In this document: positions 29,966 to 41,039 of the stretch, piece after piece | How the letters are laid out: each line of letters begins with the position of its first letter | Numbering within the stretch: position 1 is the first letter of the stretch | Program-made: the position numbers and the translations under genes | Virus record (IMG/VR): IMGVR_UViG_3300001598_000033 | Coordinates: 64,001-128,000 of that record | Direction: 5' to 3' (one strand) | From: a virus | Lineage: Duplodnaviria; Caudoviricetes | DNA: 64,000 nucleotides | Notes under the pieces: generated by a model | The model's database searches: none | What the model saw: the letters and a program-made list of their open reading frames with translations, nothing else | Told to the model about the DNA's origin: nothing

Positions 29966-30679
29966 ATGAAACCTTGGTCATTAAGTAAAGTACAATGTTA
30001 CGAAAGTTGCCCGATGAAGTACAAGTATCAATATATAGACAAAATTAAACCTGATGCAAATTGCAATAGTGCTTTAGCTAAGGGTGCTAAAATTCATAAC
30101 ATTTTAGAAAACTTGGATAACTTCATCGATAACCAATCCAAGGATGTTGAATACGATATTGTTAATAATTTCATTAAATCACCGTTGTTTGAATCTATTA
30201 GTAAAAAGGTTCAGTTAGGTGAAAAAGAAGTAGCATTCGGAATTGACATTGTAGATGGAAAATTAGTACCTGCTGAATACAATAACAAAGTGTTATTCAG
30301 GGGTAAAATTGACTTATTATACAAAAATCAAATTTTTGATTATAAGACAGGCAAATTCAAAGCATACGATGATCAAGATTGGACACAATTAAAATGGTAT
30401 GCTATTTGGTTCTTTTTAAAATACCCAGAATATGATGAAGTTCGTATTAGTTATCTATACGTAGAGCATTGTTTACATAATTCTATGACTATAAGAAAAA
30501 GTGAAATTGCTGATATTACTAATGATATGCTCTCAAGAATTAGAAACGTTACTATAGGTGAATCAGAACCCATTACAAAGTGTAATAAGTCAGCATTATG
30601 TGGTTGGTGTGGATATATGCTATTATGTGAAGATAAGCAAAACGATATGAATATAAAAGTTGATTTTGAATTTTTATAA
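29966..30679 (+). CDS. Cas4/RecB-like PD-(D/E)xK nuclease
   Basis: S.S....Y..CP, G..IH, RGKID, DYKTG, QL..Y, C..C.....C. Confidence 0.85.
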   Translation: MKPWSLSKVQCYESCPMKYKYQYIDKIKPDANCNSALAKGAKIHNILENLDNFIDNQSKDVEYDIVNNFIKSPLFESISKKVQLGEKEVAFGIDIVDGKLVPAEYNNKVLFRGKIDLLYKNQIFDYKTGKFKAYDDQDWTQLKWYAIWFFLKYPEYDEVRISYLYVEHCLHNSMTIRKSEIADITNDMLSRIRNVTIGESEPITKCNKSALCGWCGYMLLCEDKQNDMNIKVDFEFL

Positions 30680-30714
30680 ATAATAATATTACTATTTAGT
30701 TTAAAGGTATTATA

Positions 30715-31572
30715 ATGAAGAATGATTATATAAATGAATCAGCACTAGCACCTAATATTGCTGATACAGATGAAAATGTGGTATTAAACCAAATTTATAT
30801 GAAATTATCATTACCTAGCTTAGGTAGACGTATTTTTGGTTTTACTAAAATTCATGGACCTACAGGTGGTGTATTTGCTATTAAATCAAAAGATACTGGA
30901 GATGGACTTGAATTATTAAGAAATAATATTACAGTTAATGATGATGTATCTAACAGTATTTCTATTTCACAAGAAGCGTTCGATGACTGGGTTAACATGT
31001 TTGGTGAAGATGTAAAAGAACGTATTGTTACTTATATGGGTAGATATGCAAATATAGATGAAAATGATTATTGTATTGAATTCTTAAAGAATAACTCAAA
31101 ATTAAGTACAGCTCTTACATTGTCAAATCCAGCAGATCCAGATGTTGTATGGAAGGAAATTGCATATAAAGCAACACAGTTAGTTTTAGAAGCTAATATG
31201 AGTGGTCGTATTACTTTTAATTCATATTTAGTTGTTCCATATAAGTACGCGGCTTCAATTATTGCAATGTATCCTAAAATGATTAGCCAGAATGAACCCG
31301 TATTGGATGATATGTACGTTGGCAATGTAGCAGGTATGGCTATTTATATAAATCCAGATGTAGAAGATGATAATGTATATGTAGGCTTAAGGGATGATGA
31401 AATTGGACGTTGTAGTGCAATCTTTACTTCTTACTATGATAAAATTATAGGCCCGGTTGCCGATGTAAAAACAGGTAATCATAAGTATTTTATATTTAAA
31501 AGATTTGCTATTACAGCTAATCCATTACATACAGACACAACACCAATGATGTTTAAATTTAAGGTTAACTAA
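30715..31572 (+). CDS. gp24: Capsid vertex / major capsid paralog (gp24-like)
   Basis: GPTG.VFA, ISQEA..D, G...G..IY.., RFA...NP; late promoter at 30675. Confidence 0.7.
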   Translation: MKNDYINESALAPNIADTDENVVLNQIYMKLSLPSLGRRIFGFTKIHGPTGGVFAIKSKDTGDGLELLRNNITVNDDVSNSISISQEAFDDWVNMFGEDVKERIVTYMGRYANIDENDYCIEFLKNNSKLSTALTLSNPADPDVVWKEIAYKATQLVLEANMSGRITFNSYLVVPYKYAASIIAMYPKMISQNEPVLDDMYVGNVAGMAIYINPDVEDDNVYVGLRDDEIGRCSAIFTSYYDKIIGPVADVKTGNHKYFIFKRFAITANPLHTDTTPMMFKFKVN

Positions 31573-31943
31573 TGAGTTCGAGTTTCAGGAATTTTTTTAA
31601 TAATTTATTATTAGAAGAACAAAATAAAATTATTGATATGGTTGATAAGAGTGCAAAAGCCCAGTATACTAAAACACAATTAAAATCGCCTAAATCTTCT
31701 AAGCCTAATACAACTAAATCAAAACCTCAAAATGTTATTAAATCAAATACAGTAAATGTATATGAAATTCCTGAAGTTATTAGGACTTATAGTATTAAAA
31801 TTAAACATACTAAATTATTAGATGATGGGATTGAAATTGAGTTATTTAATTTAGATGACATTGATAATACCTTAAAAATATTAAGAAATTTAGGGATAAA
31901 ATCTTATAATCTTAATGATTTAGTTATTACTATAAAGGGTTAA
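31572..31943 (+). CDS. Hypothetical late protein
   Basis: Coupled to gp24-like gene. Confidence 0.55.
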   Translation: MSSSFRNFFNNLLLEEQNKIIDMVDKSAKAQYTKTQLKSPKSSKPNTTKSKPQNVIKSNTVNVYEIPEVIRTYSIKIKHTKLLDDGIEIELFNLDDIDNTLKILRNLGIKSYNLNDLVITIKG

Positions 31944-31946
31944 TAT

Positions 31947-32294
31947 ATGTTTACAACTTTAGAACAATTTTTTAACGACTTTAGAATTAAAAACGATATG
32001 GTTCCTTCTGAGGTTGTTCTTAATAAGGGACCTATGCGACTTAAAAGAGAAGTAAGGGAGCTAAAATCATTATCGGATATTGTTATTGGTAATGACATTC
32101 CTGCTTGGAGTGCAAATACACGATATGAAGTAGATGAATATGTAAGTTATAATAACATTATATATCGTTCTACTAATGATGGTAATTACAATTACACTCC
32201 AGATAGTCATCCTGCAATGTGGGTAAAGGTTGAAATAGTATCTTTAAAGAGATTGCTAGCGAGAATTGAAGCATTAGAAGCAAAAGTGAGGTAA
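31947..32294 (+). CDS. Virion protein with CBM5/12-like carbohydrate-binding motif
   Basis: AW.....Y...D.V.YN..IY......P.....W, followed by a coiled coil. Confidence 0.65.
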   Translation: MFTTLEQFFNDFRIKNDMVPSEVVLNKGPMRLKREVRELKSLSDIVIGNDIPAWSANTRYEVDEYVSYNNIIYRSTNDGNYNYTPDSHPAMWVKVEIVSLKRLLARIEALEAKVR

Positions 32295-32297
32295 TGC

Positions 32298-33149
32298 ATG
32301 GATTTTAAGCAATTCAGAATAAGCGAAATGTTAGGATTAATGGAATTATTAGAATCAAATAATTCTGATATTAAAGATTTAAAGAACATTTCTAGTGAAT
32401 TGGATACTGATGATGTAAAAGAATCCAAAAAAGTATATAATGAACTTATTGCAATGCTTAAAGAAAAACCTTATGAAGAAGCAATAGGATTTATAGACGA
32501 TTTAGTGAAGGATCCTAAATTAAAATTTATACTTTCATTGGGTTTTGGTGGTAAGTTTGCAGATTATAAGTTAAAACTTAAAAAGACTAATATTCCAGCA
32601 TATAAGTTGATTCCGACTCAAAATGAAATAGGGTTGGATGAAACACTTAAGTATATGATGAAAGGTGATAATATTGAAAATTGCTTTAAAAGTCCTGCTT
32701 GTATTAAAAAGCCTATTGTTACATTCCAAGGTACATTTATAATTGATGGACATCATAGGTGGTCTGAAATATTTGTTACCAATCCTAGTGCTAATTTAGA
32801 ATGTATTAATATTGAGGGTAATTTGAGTCCATTAAGTATGCTTAAAGCAGTTCAGGCAACTATAGGATCTAACCTAGGTAAATTGATTATAAAAGACGTA
32901 GAGGGTAAAAATCTTCTTAAATGTTCTAAATCTGTAATTGAGAAATACTTGCAAGATATGCCTGAAGATACAATTAAGAAGCTTAAAAAGTATTATAATG
33001 ATCCAATTAAGTCAATAGTTGATAATTGTATGGAATTAAAAGCAAATAATACACCTATATTAAATGCCCCAAAAAGAGGTGATATGCCTCAAACTACTAA
33101 AGATCCTGAATTATTTGATGATTTGAAGAAAGGAATCTCTAAAATATAA
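32298..33149 (+). CDS. ParB/Srx-like domain protein
   Basis: L.PTQ.EI, PIV, IIDGHHRW; MDFKQFRISE N-terminus. Confidence 0.75.
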   Translation: MDFKQFRISEMLGLMELLESNNSDIKDLKNISSELDTDDVKESKKVYNELIAMLKEKPYEEAIGFIDDLVKDPKLKFILSLGFGGKFADYKLKLKKTNIPAYKLIPTQNEIGLDETLKYMMKGDNIENCFKSPACIKKPIVTFQGTFIIDGHHRWSEIFVTNPSANLECINIEGNLSPLSMLKAVQATIGSNLGKLIIKDVEGKNLLKCSKSVIEKYLQDMPEDTIKKLKKYYNDPIKSIVDNCMELKANNTPILNAPKRGDMPQTTKDPELFDDLKKGISKI

Positions 33150-33212
33150 AAAAAAATTCAGTTTCTTATATATAATAATATTAATAAAAAAATATTAATA
33201 TAAAAAAATAAA

Positions 33213-33240
33213 AAAAAATCCAACGAAAGTTGGATTTTTT
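33213..33240. terminator. Bidirectional terminator with GAAA loop
   Basis: AATCCAAC-GAAA-GTTGGATT. Confidence 0.8.
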
Positions 33241-33256
33241 ATTTCTATAATTTTTA

Positions 33257-36200
33257 TTACATACACAATTGAGTGCCAAATAACATATCATTCATTATAT
33301 CAGTAATAAACAATGCATCTGAAACACCATCGTCATTTTTAACTGCATCTTCTTGCATATCTGCTTCAGTATTTCCAGATCTAATTACATTTACTTGTGT
33401 TCCATTAGCATCAGCTTCCCAAGCACTTAAGAAATTCGATGCTTTATCCTGATCTGACAATGTATCCCATATACCGCTCCTTCTTAAATTTGGAGGAACG
33501 TTTTTATTAATATTGGTCATTGTCTTATCATAATCTTTATCACCTTTCTTTAACTTACCTGAAGCTATTTTACTTATATTTGCGATTCCACCAGCACCTT
33601 GTTGGTGTGCCATGTACATTGTATATCTAGTTAATGGAGTACCTGTATTCTTCAATATACTTGCATTTCTCTTAACTAATAACTTAAATGCTTTAAAGTT
33701 TTCGTAAGGATCTGTAGCTAAACTGAAATCCTTACCTTTAGTTATATCAGCCCATGTAGCTTCTGTAAATTGGAACAATCCAGTTGCTGAACTTAAAGGA
33801 CTTTTAGCATTAGCTCTACCACCAGATTCTTTATTCAATACATATTGTACAAAAGGATCATCACTGTAATATATACCATTACCTTTATCGTATATATTAG
33901 AATTCATTACAGAATTTAAATCAAATTCTCCAGATACATTTCCATTACCATAATTATTATCAACCTTACCAATGGTAGGATTTGTATTACCAAAATAATT
34001 TTTATCACTTATATAATTAATGCCACTAGATTTCAATACACCTTCTGATAATTTACCTCTGTACTCAGAATCCATAACGTTTCCATTTATATTATCAACC
34101 CGAGCCATTGCAATATTATTATTAGGTTGAGTTACTACTAACTTATTAACTACCTTAATTATATCTTCTTTGCTAATGGATTTATCATCCATAGTACTCA
34201 ACTCATTGATGTATTTCTTGTTTTCGCCTTTATTATCCTGTAACATTTGCATTAATGCTTTATGATAGTTTTTAACAATATCATCAAGATTATCAAGTTT
34301 TATTTTACGATTATCTGGCATGTTCTTGTTATAGGCATCAGCATAAGCCAAACACACTTCTGCAATAGCTAAAGAAGCATTATTATTTGTTTTCAAAGCT
34401 TCTTGTGTAATAGCACCAGCTAATTTAACTTTATTGATATAATTACCATCATCCTTAAGGCTACTGTCTAACTCAATATATTCTCCCAAATCATAATCAA
34501 TACCTATATTACCAAATTTCAAAGATTCATATCCAGATCCTGGATTTGTGATATCAACACCTTTAATAACTTCATTTTTAAAACTAGAAGTGTTATTTAA
34601 CTTAAGATCGCTACCAATATATAAACTTTCACCTTTAGTAATTTCAGTTATATTTTCCTTATTCTTATCATAATAATCGTATATTTTATCCCAATCTTCT
34701 GGCGAACGTAATATTTCAACCATAGTTCTAACAGTTTCTACGTCTATTTTATTTAAAGCTTCACGAATATTAGTATTATTACTATTTCTATATTTAAATC
34801 TATATAATAAATAAATTAAACTATAACTTTTAATTACTTGTGTTAAACCTTCATTATTTTGACACCAACTATTTACATCATTTAAACTATTTACAACATT
34901 TGGTGCTATATTTTTTCTTAAGAATTCTATTTCATTACTTACACCTTTCCACTTATCACCTGGATACCCTGCATAGTTAAATCTTAGAAATTCCACAGCT
35001 AATACCCATTCTTTACGGAATCCTATATAAGTATTTTTACCATTAATGAAATTTTTAATTTCATCTCTTAATTTAATATTAATATTATTTCTAAATAACA
35101 TGGATATTGTGTAAAGGAAAAGTAAAGAATATATTATATTTTTAATTAAAAGTACAGATGAAGCTTCATCACCAGTAAGTATTTTAGATGCAGTTAAATT
35201 ACCATTAGTTATAGGTTGATATAATCCTTCTCCACCTTCCATTTTTGGATAATATATAGCACTCTGTCCACCAGAGACACTTATAACATCATCACCATAT
35301 TTTTCAATAGTTTCATCACCACCTAATATAAATGAGTGTGGTTCCAATGCATTATTTTTAATTGTATTATCTTTATAATGAAGGCCACTTCTAAAAGCAT
35401 TTAAACACAATACAGTTAAACCCCAATTCACTCTAGCTGTAGTAACACTACCAGACCAACCAGGTTTTTTAACAAAAGTATTGCTAAAGTCATATTTTAC
35501 AACCCTTTGACCATTAATTCTTCTAATTATAGCATTAACACCAGATTGTGTTGCTACGGCTCTTGCATCTCCTGATCGTCTAAACTCTTCCTTTATATCT
35601 TCTATTCTAATATTACTACCATTTAATAAGAATGATACTGTTGTAGCTTTTACTAAATCTTCTTGGCTAATAAATGTATATGGGTTATCAAAATCAATAA
35701 GATCAAAATCAAATCCCAACCACACATCTCTAACCCAATCAAATAAAGCATCTAATACTGATGTTACTAATACAGAAACAACTAACCCAATACCACCAGT
35801 ACCAGCACCTACCCCTATATTAATTGCTGATAATGTAATGGATTCCATAATAGTTGCTAGCCACCACTTTCTAGAGGATTCCATATTACTGATTATTTTC
35901 TTACATATCTCTTGGTATCTGGCTTTATCTTTAAATCTACTTTCATCTCTTTTAAGGATTTCTAAAGCGTGATTTATTTGCTTATCCATATCTACACTAA
36001 AGAAATTGATTATATCAGGAACGCTAAATAAACATCCAGCACCTACACCAATTACAGGTACTTTCTTAACCATTTTTTGTAAGAGTCTATTTTTACGTAA
36101 TTGATTAGAAAATCCTTTATAATTGACAGTTTTTTGTAATTCACTGGTATTTAAATATCTTTTTACCAGCTTGTCATCAGCCATATCAAAAAGATCTCTA

Positions 36201-37495
36201 GCAGTTCCTTTAACCCAACCTTTGATGCCTTTGCTTGATGCTGATTCTAATTTCTTAACCTGTTTTGATATAATATCACTCAATTTAGCATTAACAGATA
36301 ATCTTGCATTATAAATAGCATTTTTACCTGCTTGTCCTATAGTTTTAGCTAATACAGTGCTTTTCTCTATACCTTTACCAAATAAATATGATTGGGTAGA
36401 ATGTGATGCTATTTGACCTAATGTATTAAAATACCCATTTCCATTAATATATGATGAGACACTTTGAGATGCCATTCCTCTCATACTTAAATCATTTCCA
36501 CCCATAAATGAATCTTTAAGGGTTTGTGCTAAAGGTTGTAATGTACTTGATATTAAACCTCCTGTTGATTTTAGGAGTTTCCCAAATTCACTACTATCCA
36601 GAGTGAGAGCGCCATAGGTTAAAGCCGCAATAATTACGGCACCTAATTTATGTTTTGCTAAAAATCCCAATACTTTATGTTTAGCTAGAAACGCTTTCAT
36701 TTTATCTGCGTTCTTAGCAACCACAGCTTTTGATGATCTCACTTCAGATGATAGTGCTTTACCAGTTGCTCTAGCTGTAGCTACTGTAGCCATACCTTTT
36801 GCTATATTTCTAATACCTAAATATTGGAACAATGGTCCAAAGAAAGATTCACCATTATCATTATCATTTGGCAAAAATATAGGAGATGAACCTTCAGAAC
36901 CACCTTCATTAACATTAATAACTACAGTTTGGTCTTTCTTCTTATGTTTAATATCCTGTTGTACAATGAAATGATGTTGGATTTTCTCCATTACTTTATA
37001 CATCTTTTCTTGTATAAGAGAAATTCTTTTAACTGAATTACCACCAATATCACTGAACATTTGGCTTTCAACTAAGGATCTTTGTAGGTCTAATAATGCT
37101 GATAAATCAGTTTGAAATAAAGAATTTAACCTAATATCAAATTCTCTCATATTATTAATATTAAATAAAGTAGCTCTAAAATCCTCAGCTATTCGGTTCA
37201 ATTCTTTACTTAACGAATTACTATCAGTGATTCTTTTTTCAATTTCCTTATGATTTATTTTTTCCTTTTTGAAATCATTTTTAACCCATACCTGAGGAAC
37301 TTTTTGATTTGCATTTTGTGCTTTCAATAAGTCTTGAATTGCCTTTAAGGATTTATCAGTATCACTTTTATTTTTATTAAAAATACTACCCTTAACACTT
37401 ACTGTTCCGTTAGAACTTCCTTTATTCATAAATCTGGTATATGAATTAGGATCTTTAAGTGCTCTAAGTAACTGTTTCTGTATTATATCAGCCAT
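33257..37495 (-). CDS. Tape-measure-like tail protein with C-terminal lytic transglycosylase
   Basis: Long helical and hydrophobic protein; ESGG...A....SSATGLFQF..TW and Y.AHQQG motifs. Confidence 0.75.
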   Translation of the reverse strand: MADIIQKQLLRALKDPNSYTRFMNKGSSNGTVSVKGSIFNKNKSDTDKSLKAIQDLLKAQNANQKVPQVWVKNDFKKEKINHKEIEKRITDSNSLSKELNRIAEDFRATLFNINNMREFDIRLNSLFQTDLSALLDLQRSLVESQMFSDIGGNSVKRISLIQEKMYKVMEKIQHHFIVQQDIKHKKKDQTVVINVNEGGSEGSSPIFLPNDNDNGESFFGPLFQYLGIRNIAKGMATVATARATGKALSSEVRSSKAVVAKNADKMKAFLAKHKVLGFLAKHKLGAVIIAALTYGALTLDSSEFGKLLKSTGGLISSTLQPLAQTLKDSFMGGNDLSMRGMASQSVSSYINGNGYFNTLGQIASHSTQSYLFGKGIEKSTVLAKTIGQAGKNAIYNARLSVNAKLSDIISKQVKKLESASSKGIKGWVKGTARDLFDMADDKLVKRYLNTSELQKTVNYKGFSNQLRKNRLLQKMVKKVPVIGVGAGCLFSVPDIINFFSVDMDKQINHALEILKRDESRFKDKARYQEICKKIISNMESSRKWWLATIMESITLSAINIGVGAGTGGIGLVVSVLVTSVLDALFDWVRDVWLGFDFDLIDFDNPYTFISQEDLVKATTVSFLLNGSNIRIEDIKEEFRRSGDARAVATQSGVNAIIRRINGQRVVKYDFSNTFVKKPGWSGSVTTARVNWGLTVLCLNAFRSGLHYKDNTIKNNALEPHSFILGGDETIEKYGDDVISVSGGQSAIYYPKMEGGEGLYQPITNGNLTASKILTGDEASSVLLIKNIIYSLLFLYTISMLFRNNINIKLRDEIKNFINGKNTYIGFRKEWVLAVEFLRFNYAGYPGDKWKGVSNEIEFLRKNIAPNVVNSLNDVNSWCQNNEGLTQVIKSYSLIYLLYRFKYRNSNNTNIREALNKIDVETVRTMVEILRSPEDWDKIYDYYDKNKENITEITKGESLYIGSDLKLNNTSSFKNEVIKGVDITNPGSGYESLKFGNIGIDYDLGEYIELDSSLKDDGNYINKVKLAGAITQEALKTNNNASLAIAEVCLAYADAYNKNMPDNRKIKLDNLDDIVKNYHKALMQMLQDNKGENKKYINELSTMDDKSISKEDIIKVVNKLVVTQPNNNIAMARVDNINGNVMDSEYRGKLSEGVLKSSGINYISDKNYFGNTNPTIGKVDNNYGNGNVSGEFDLNSVMNSNIYDKGNGIYYSDDPFVQYVLNKESGGRANAKSPLSSATGLFQFTEATWADITKGKDFSLATDPYENFKAFKLLVKRNASILKNTGTPLTRYTMYMAHQQGAGGIANISKIASGKLKKGDKDYDKTMTNINKNVPPNLRRSGIWDTLSDQDKASNFLSAWEADANGTQVNVIRSGNTEADMQEDAVKNDDGVSDALFITDIMNDMLFGTQLCM

Positions 37496-37520
37496 AATTA
37501 TCTCGTTATTATCCCTTTAG

Positions 37521-38267
37521 TTATCCAAAGTTAGGTGTTTGGGATTGAATTTCCTTTCGTCTTTTTTCTATTTCATTTTTTGTTTCTTCCAACAAACCAT
37601 ACTCTAATATTCGTTGTAATGGTGTCATTTCCATTAAATCACCTCTGGTTTGTCTTCCGTTATACACTAAAATATGTAAGAGTCTTGAAAGTGAATCAAA
37701 ACTTTCATCCGAAATGAAATTTATTATTAATCTTTTATTAAAATCAAATTGGTTTTCTTTTCTACAATATTCACAAGGACATTTTTGTATAAAATTATAT
37801 GTGTCTATATACTTACCTATATTATTTTTAACATCATCATATAGGTCTAAATCCATATCTTCTATATCGCTAGGTGATACTATATCATCCACTTGTAAAA
37901 TGCCTGCATATTCTTCATCAAATATACCTTTTATTTTACTGTTAGGAGTTTCAGCTAATTTGATCATATTATTTATATTAATTGTGGCTTCAGCAGGCTT
38001 ACCACAATGTAAACATTTAAATTTAACCTTTATTTCATCCCCTATAGAAATTTCTCTTATCTTTAATAATAATATTATTTTTTCTATATCGGTTAAACCA
38101 TTAATATCAATATTATTTTTAACTAAAAACTCATTTATAAAAGAGTCTACATCCTCTTCGGATAAATCCTCATGAATGTATAAAAACTCTAAGCAATCTA
38201 ATTCATCTTTAGTTTTATATGATTCGATTTTAAAAGTTTTGCCGTTAAGATGTAAAATACTTTTCAT
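37521..38267 (-). CDS. Baseplate hub assembly protein (gp26/gp51-like)
   Basis: LLLKIR..S.G, two C..C pairs, C-terminal M.MTP motif. Confidence 0.7.
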   Translation of the reverse strand: MKSILHLNGKTFKIESYKTKDELDCLEFLYIHEDLSEEDVDSFINEFLVKNNIDINGLTDIEKIILLLKIREISIGDEIKVKFKCLHCGKPAEATININNMIKLAETPNSKIKGIFDEEYAGILQVDDIVSPSDIEDMDLDLYDDVKNNIGKYIDTYNFIQKCPCEYCRKENQFDFNKRLIINFISDESFDSLSRLLHILVYNGRQTRGDLMEMTPLQRILEYGLLEETKNEIEKRRKEIQSQTPNFG

Positions 38268-39163
38268 TATAAATTCCAATCATTCCAGCTAGGTGGGTAA
38301 AAACCAGGCACATCTTCAAAATTATATTTACTTATACTATGACATTCGGGGCATTCAATATCATTATCAATAACTGTCTTAAATCTAATTTTATTCCATT
38401 CTTCTACCAAATTATCCGCAACGTCAGCATCTAAATCATCTATTAGTTTTATTACTTCAATTAAATTATCTCGGTCATTTACTTCTAAATCATCAATTTT
38501 CTTAATGTGTAAAATCATATCAGTCATAAACATTTGAAAATCGCTCAAATCATCTACATACATAAATTCATCGTAAATTTCTTGGCTTAACGGGCTACCA
38601 AATTCTACATTAATGTCCTCATCACCATTCTTAACAACAATCTTTCCATTTAATTCATAATCACCGCCAGATGATTTTACAATATTTTCCAAGCGTATTT
38701 CTAATCTATGAATATGTCCACAGTTAGGGCAAGAAAAATTATTAATTAAAGGTTTATGTACACTATCATATCTAATTTTATGTAATAGGAAATTAAATTC
38801 TTCATTATCAATAATTGGGTTGTTTTGTAAACAATTATATACTAATGCATATTTCATATCAGTTATAGTCTTAGATTTATCCAAATACTTTTTATCCTTT
38901 ACTTTCCATTTACGGTACTTTATTTCGCCATTAGATAAATGAGCTTCACCAGGAGTTTCGTTTATACGTTTAGTAATATTACTTAATAAAGCTTTTTCGA
39001 TTATAGGAGTATCTACTACATCTGATGCTAAAGCTTCTGGAGTTTCTAAACCATATTTTTCTTGTAATTCCTTTAAGGAATTTTTAATATCCTCAGGTAA
39101 TTCAGTTTTTAAATCGATAACTTCTGCACCTTCAGGTAATTCAATATTTTCTAATTCTGACAT
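38267..39163 (-). CDS. gp26: Baseplate hub assembly protein (gp26-like)
   Basis: YR.W.VKD, IR..SV, CP.CG and CP.C motifs. Confidence 0.7.
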   Translation of the reverse strand: MSELENIELPEGAEVIDLKTELPEDIKNSLKELQEKYGLETPEALASDVVDTPIIEKALLSNITKRINETPGEAHLSNGEIKYRKWKVKDKKYLDKSKTITDMKYALVYNCLQNNPIIDNEEFNFLLHKIRYDSVHKPLINNFSCPNCGHIHRLEIRLENIVKSSGGDYELNGKIVVKNGDEDINVEFGSPLSQEIYDEFMYVDDLSDFQMFMTDMILHIKKIDDLEVNDRDNLIEVIKLIDDLDADVADNLVEEWNKIRFKTVIDNDIECPECHSISKYNFEDVPGFYPPSWNDWNL

Positions 39164-39226
39164 TTAAAAATCCTTATATTAATAATTTTATTTAATATTT
39201 ATTATATAATATAAAACGAATTTTTT

Positions 39227-39796
39227 TTATAAAACATTGCTCACAGTTGAATCTAAATTATCCTTAGTATTCTTATTGATTATTATTTTTGGAGTTTGTA
39301 TACTTATAGAAAATGTTAATATAGTCCCAGAACCTTCAGAACTAGCATTTAAGTCTAATTGGGATACATTATTAACAACACAATCTGTTATTTTAGCTAT
39401 AGGAAATTCTTTTTCATTTGCATTATCAGGTAATTTAATAAAAGTAACATCAAATTTATAATCATCTAAATATTGATCAAGTTGATCAATAAAATGACTA
39501 GACCAAAATCGATATAATTCCAATTGATCGTGATCTAAAAAATCTATAGATACAGTCATTATTTCCACAGTACTCATAGTTTGGAAATTTCTATGATCTA
39601 TCCATTGTACATCTGGAGTCGCTGATAAAGCAGGTATATTGGCCTTTACCAAATACACTTCATTTTCACCATCAGTACCGTTTAGTTTATTTGATTTTTC
39701 TGGATTATTAAAATTAAATATACATTTAAATGTATTATTAAATGACCAGTTTGTATTCTTTAATTTACTATAAGCGCTTGATAATTTTGAAGCCAT
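39227..39796 (-). CDS. Tail-tube-fold protein (gp3/gp54-like)
   Basis: N.F...F, .NIP, F.D......Y..W, I.TF.I.. tube-fold pattern; RBS supports start at 39796. Confidence 0.55.
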   Translation of the reverse strand: MASKLSSAYSKLKNTNWSFNNTFKCIFNFNNPEKSNKLNGTDGENEVYLVKANIPALSATPDVQWIDHRNFQTMSTVEIMTVSIDFLDHDQLELYRFWSSHFIDQLDQYLDDYKFDVTFIKLPDNANEKEFPIAKITDCVVNNVSQLDLNASSEGSGTILTFSISIQTPKIIINKNTKDNLDSTVSNVL

Positions 39797-39822
39797 ATAT
39801 AAACCTTTTTTATTAAATATAT

Positions 39823-39834
39823 TATTTATAAATA
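39823..39834. promoter_or_regulatory. Overlapping divergent late promoters
   Basis: Palindrome TATTTATAAATA between divergent tail genes. Confidence 0.7.
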
Positions 39835-39851
39835 TATAAGAGGTAAAATAT

Positions 39852-40427
39852 ATGTCCAATTATCAAGATTTAATGAGAAAATATTTAGGTGATGGAGCGA
39901 GAAATACAAGATTTGATATTAAGTTGAATATTCCATCTAAAATAGACAATTCTTATAATGATCCTAGAGCTTTATCCATAATGTGCAAATCTACTAATTT
40001 ACCTAATAGGACTATACAAACACAAAATATTGTATTTAGGGGTAGAAGCATTCCTGTTCCAGTATCCACAAAATATAGTAATACATGGACTTGTACTTTT
40101 TATAATGATGAAAATCATAATATGAGAAGAATGTTTGAGTTATGGTTAGATGCTGTTGATTCTAAAAATGAGTATACTTCATTCACAGATGAAATGAAAG
40201 GGCTAATCGGGAATGATTATATAAAGGATGAAATAAAAATTGAACAATACTCAAGTACCTCTAATGATTTAGAATCAGCTACTCCCACTGCAGTATGGAC
40301 ATTATATGGGGTATATCCCACAGATGTATCTTCTATAGAACTGGGTTCTGAATCAGAAGCAATAGAAGAATTTACAGTAACATTTTCATATACATATTAT
40401 GAAATAGATATTAAAGGAAATGAATAA
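39852..40427 (+). CDS. Tail tube paralog (gp19/gp54-like)
   Basis: GAR..RF, C....LP.R, RGR, W..TFY.DE....R..FE.W, YP..V..I.L, EF.VTFSY. Confidence 0.8.
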   Translation: MSNYQDLMRKYLGDGARNTRFDIKLNIPSKIDNSYNDPRALSIMCKSTNLPNRTIQTQNIVFRGRSIPVPVSTKYSNTWTCTFYNDENHNMRRMFELWLDAVDSKNEYTSFTDEMKGLIGNDYIKDEIKIEQYSSTSNDLESATPTAVWTLYGVYPTDVSSIELGSESEAIEEFTVTFSYTYYEIDIKGNE

Positions 40428-40981
40428 TGAACCCTATATCACAAGTAAAATCAGCATTAGCAGGTGGCTTGTTTAAAAATAAATTTAAGATATTTTTTAA
40501 TGCACCAAAGAATGATACTAAAAGTAATAATATATCTGAAAGTAATTATGATGATGTTTTAGATGTGTTATGTACTAATGTTGCCTTTCCTACCCGCAAA
40601 GTAAATACAGTGACTATGTTCCACAGGGGTAGAAAATTAATACTAAGAGGTATAGAAGAAAATCAGGATACAATGTCCGTTACAATAATGGAAGATAATC
40701 GATGCTCTGTTAGGAGACTTTTTGAAAATTGGTTGATGGGTGTGGATTCTCAAGTAAAGAATTCTAATTGGGACGGATACACAACCACTATGAAAATAGT
40801 TGAATTAAATCATGAGCAAGATCCTATATTTGGATACGAATTTACTGATTGTTTTATTACAGAAATAGGCTCGGTTGATTTTTCTGATAGTTCTCAAAAC
40901 GAATTAGTTTCATATAATATTAGTTTTGCTTATTCTAAGTGTTATCCTATTAGTAGTGCTGACTTAAATAGTTTGAAATAA
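40427..40981 (+). CDS. Tail tube paralog (gp19-like)
   Basis: GG...NKF, C....FP, RGR, R..FE.W motifs. Confidence 0.75.
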   Translation: MNPISQVKSALAGGLFKNKFKIFFNAPKNDTKSNNISESNYDDVLDVLCTNVAFPTRKVNTVTMFHRGRKLILRGIEENQDTMSVTIMEDNRCSVRRLFENWLMGVDSQVKNSNWDGYTTTMKIVELNHEQDPIFGYEFTDCFITEIGSVDFSDSSQNELVSYNISFAYSKCYPISSADLNSLK

Positions 40982-41039
40982 TAAAAAATTATATAATATT
41001 ATAAATATAAATAAAATATATTTTTATATGAGGTTTTAA

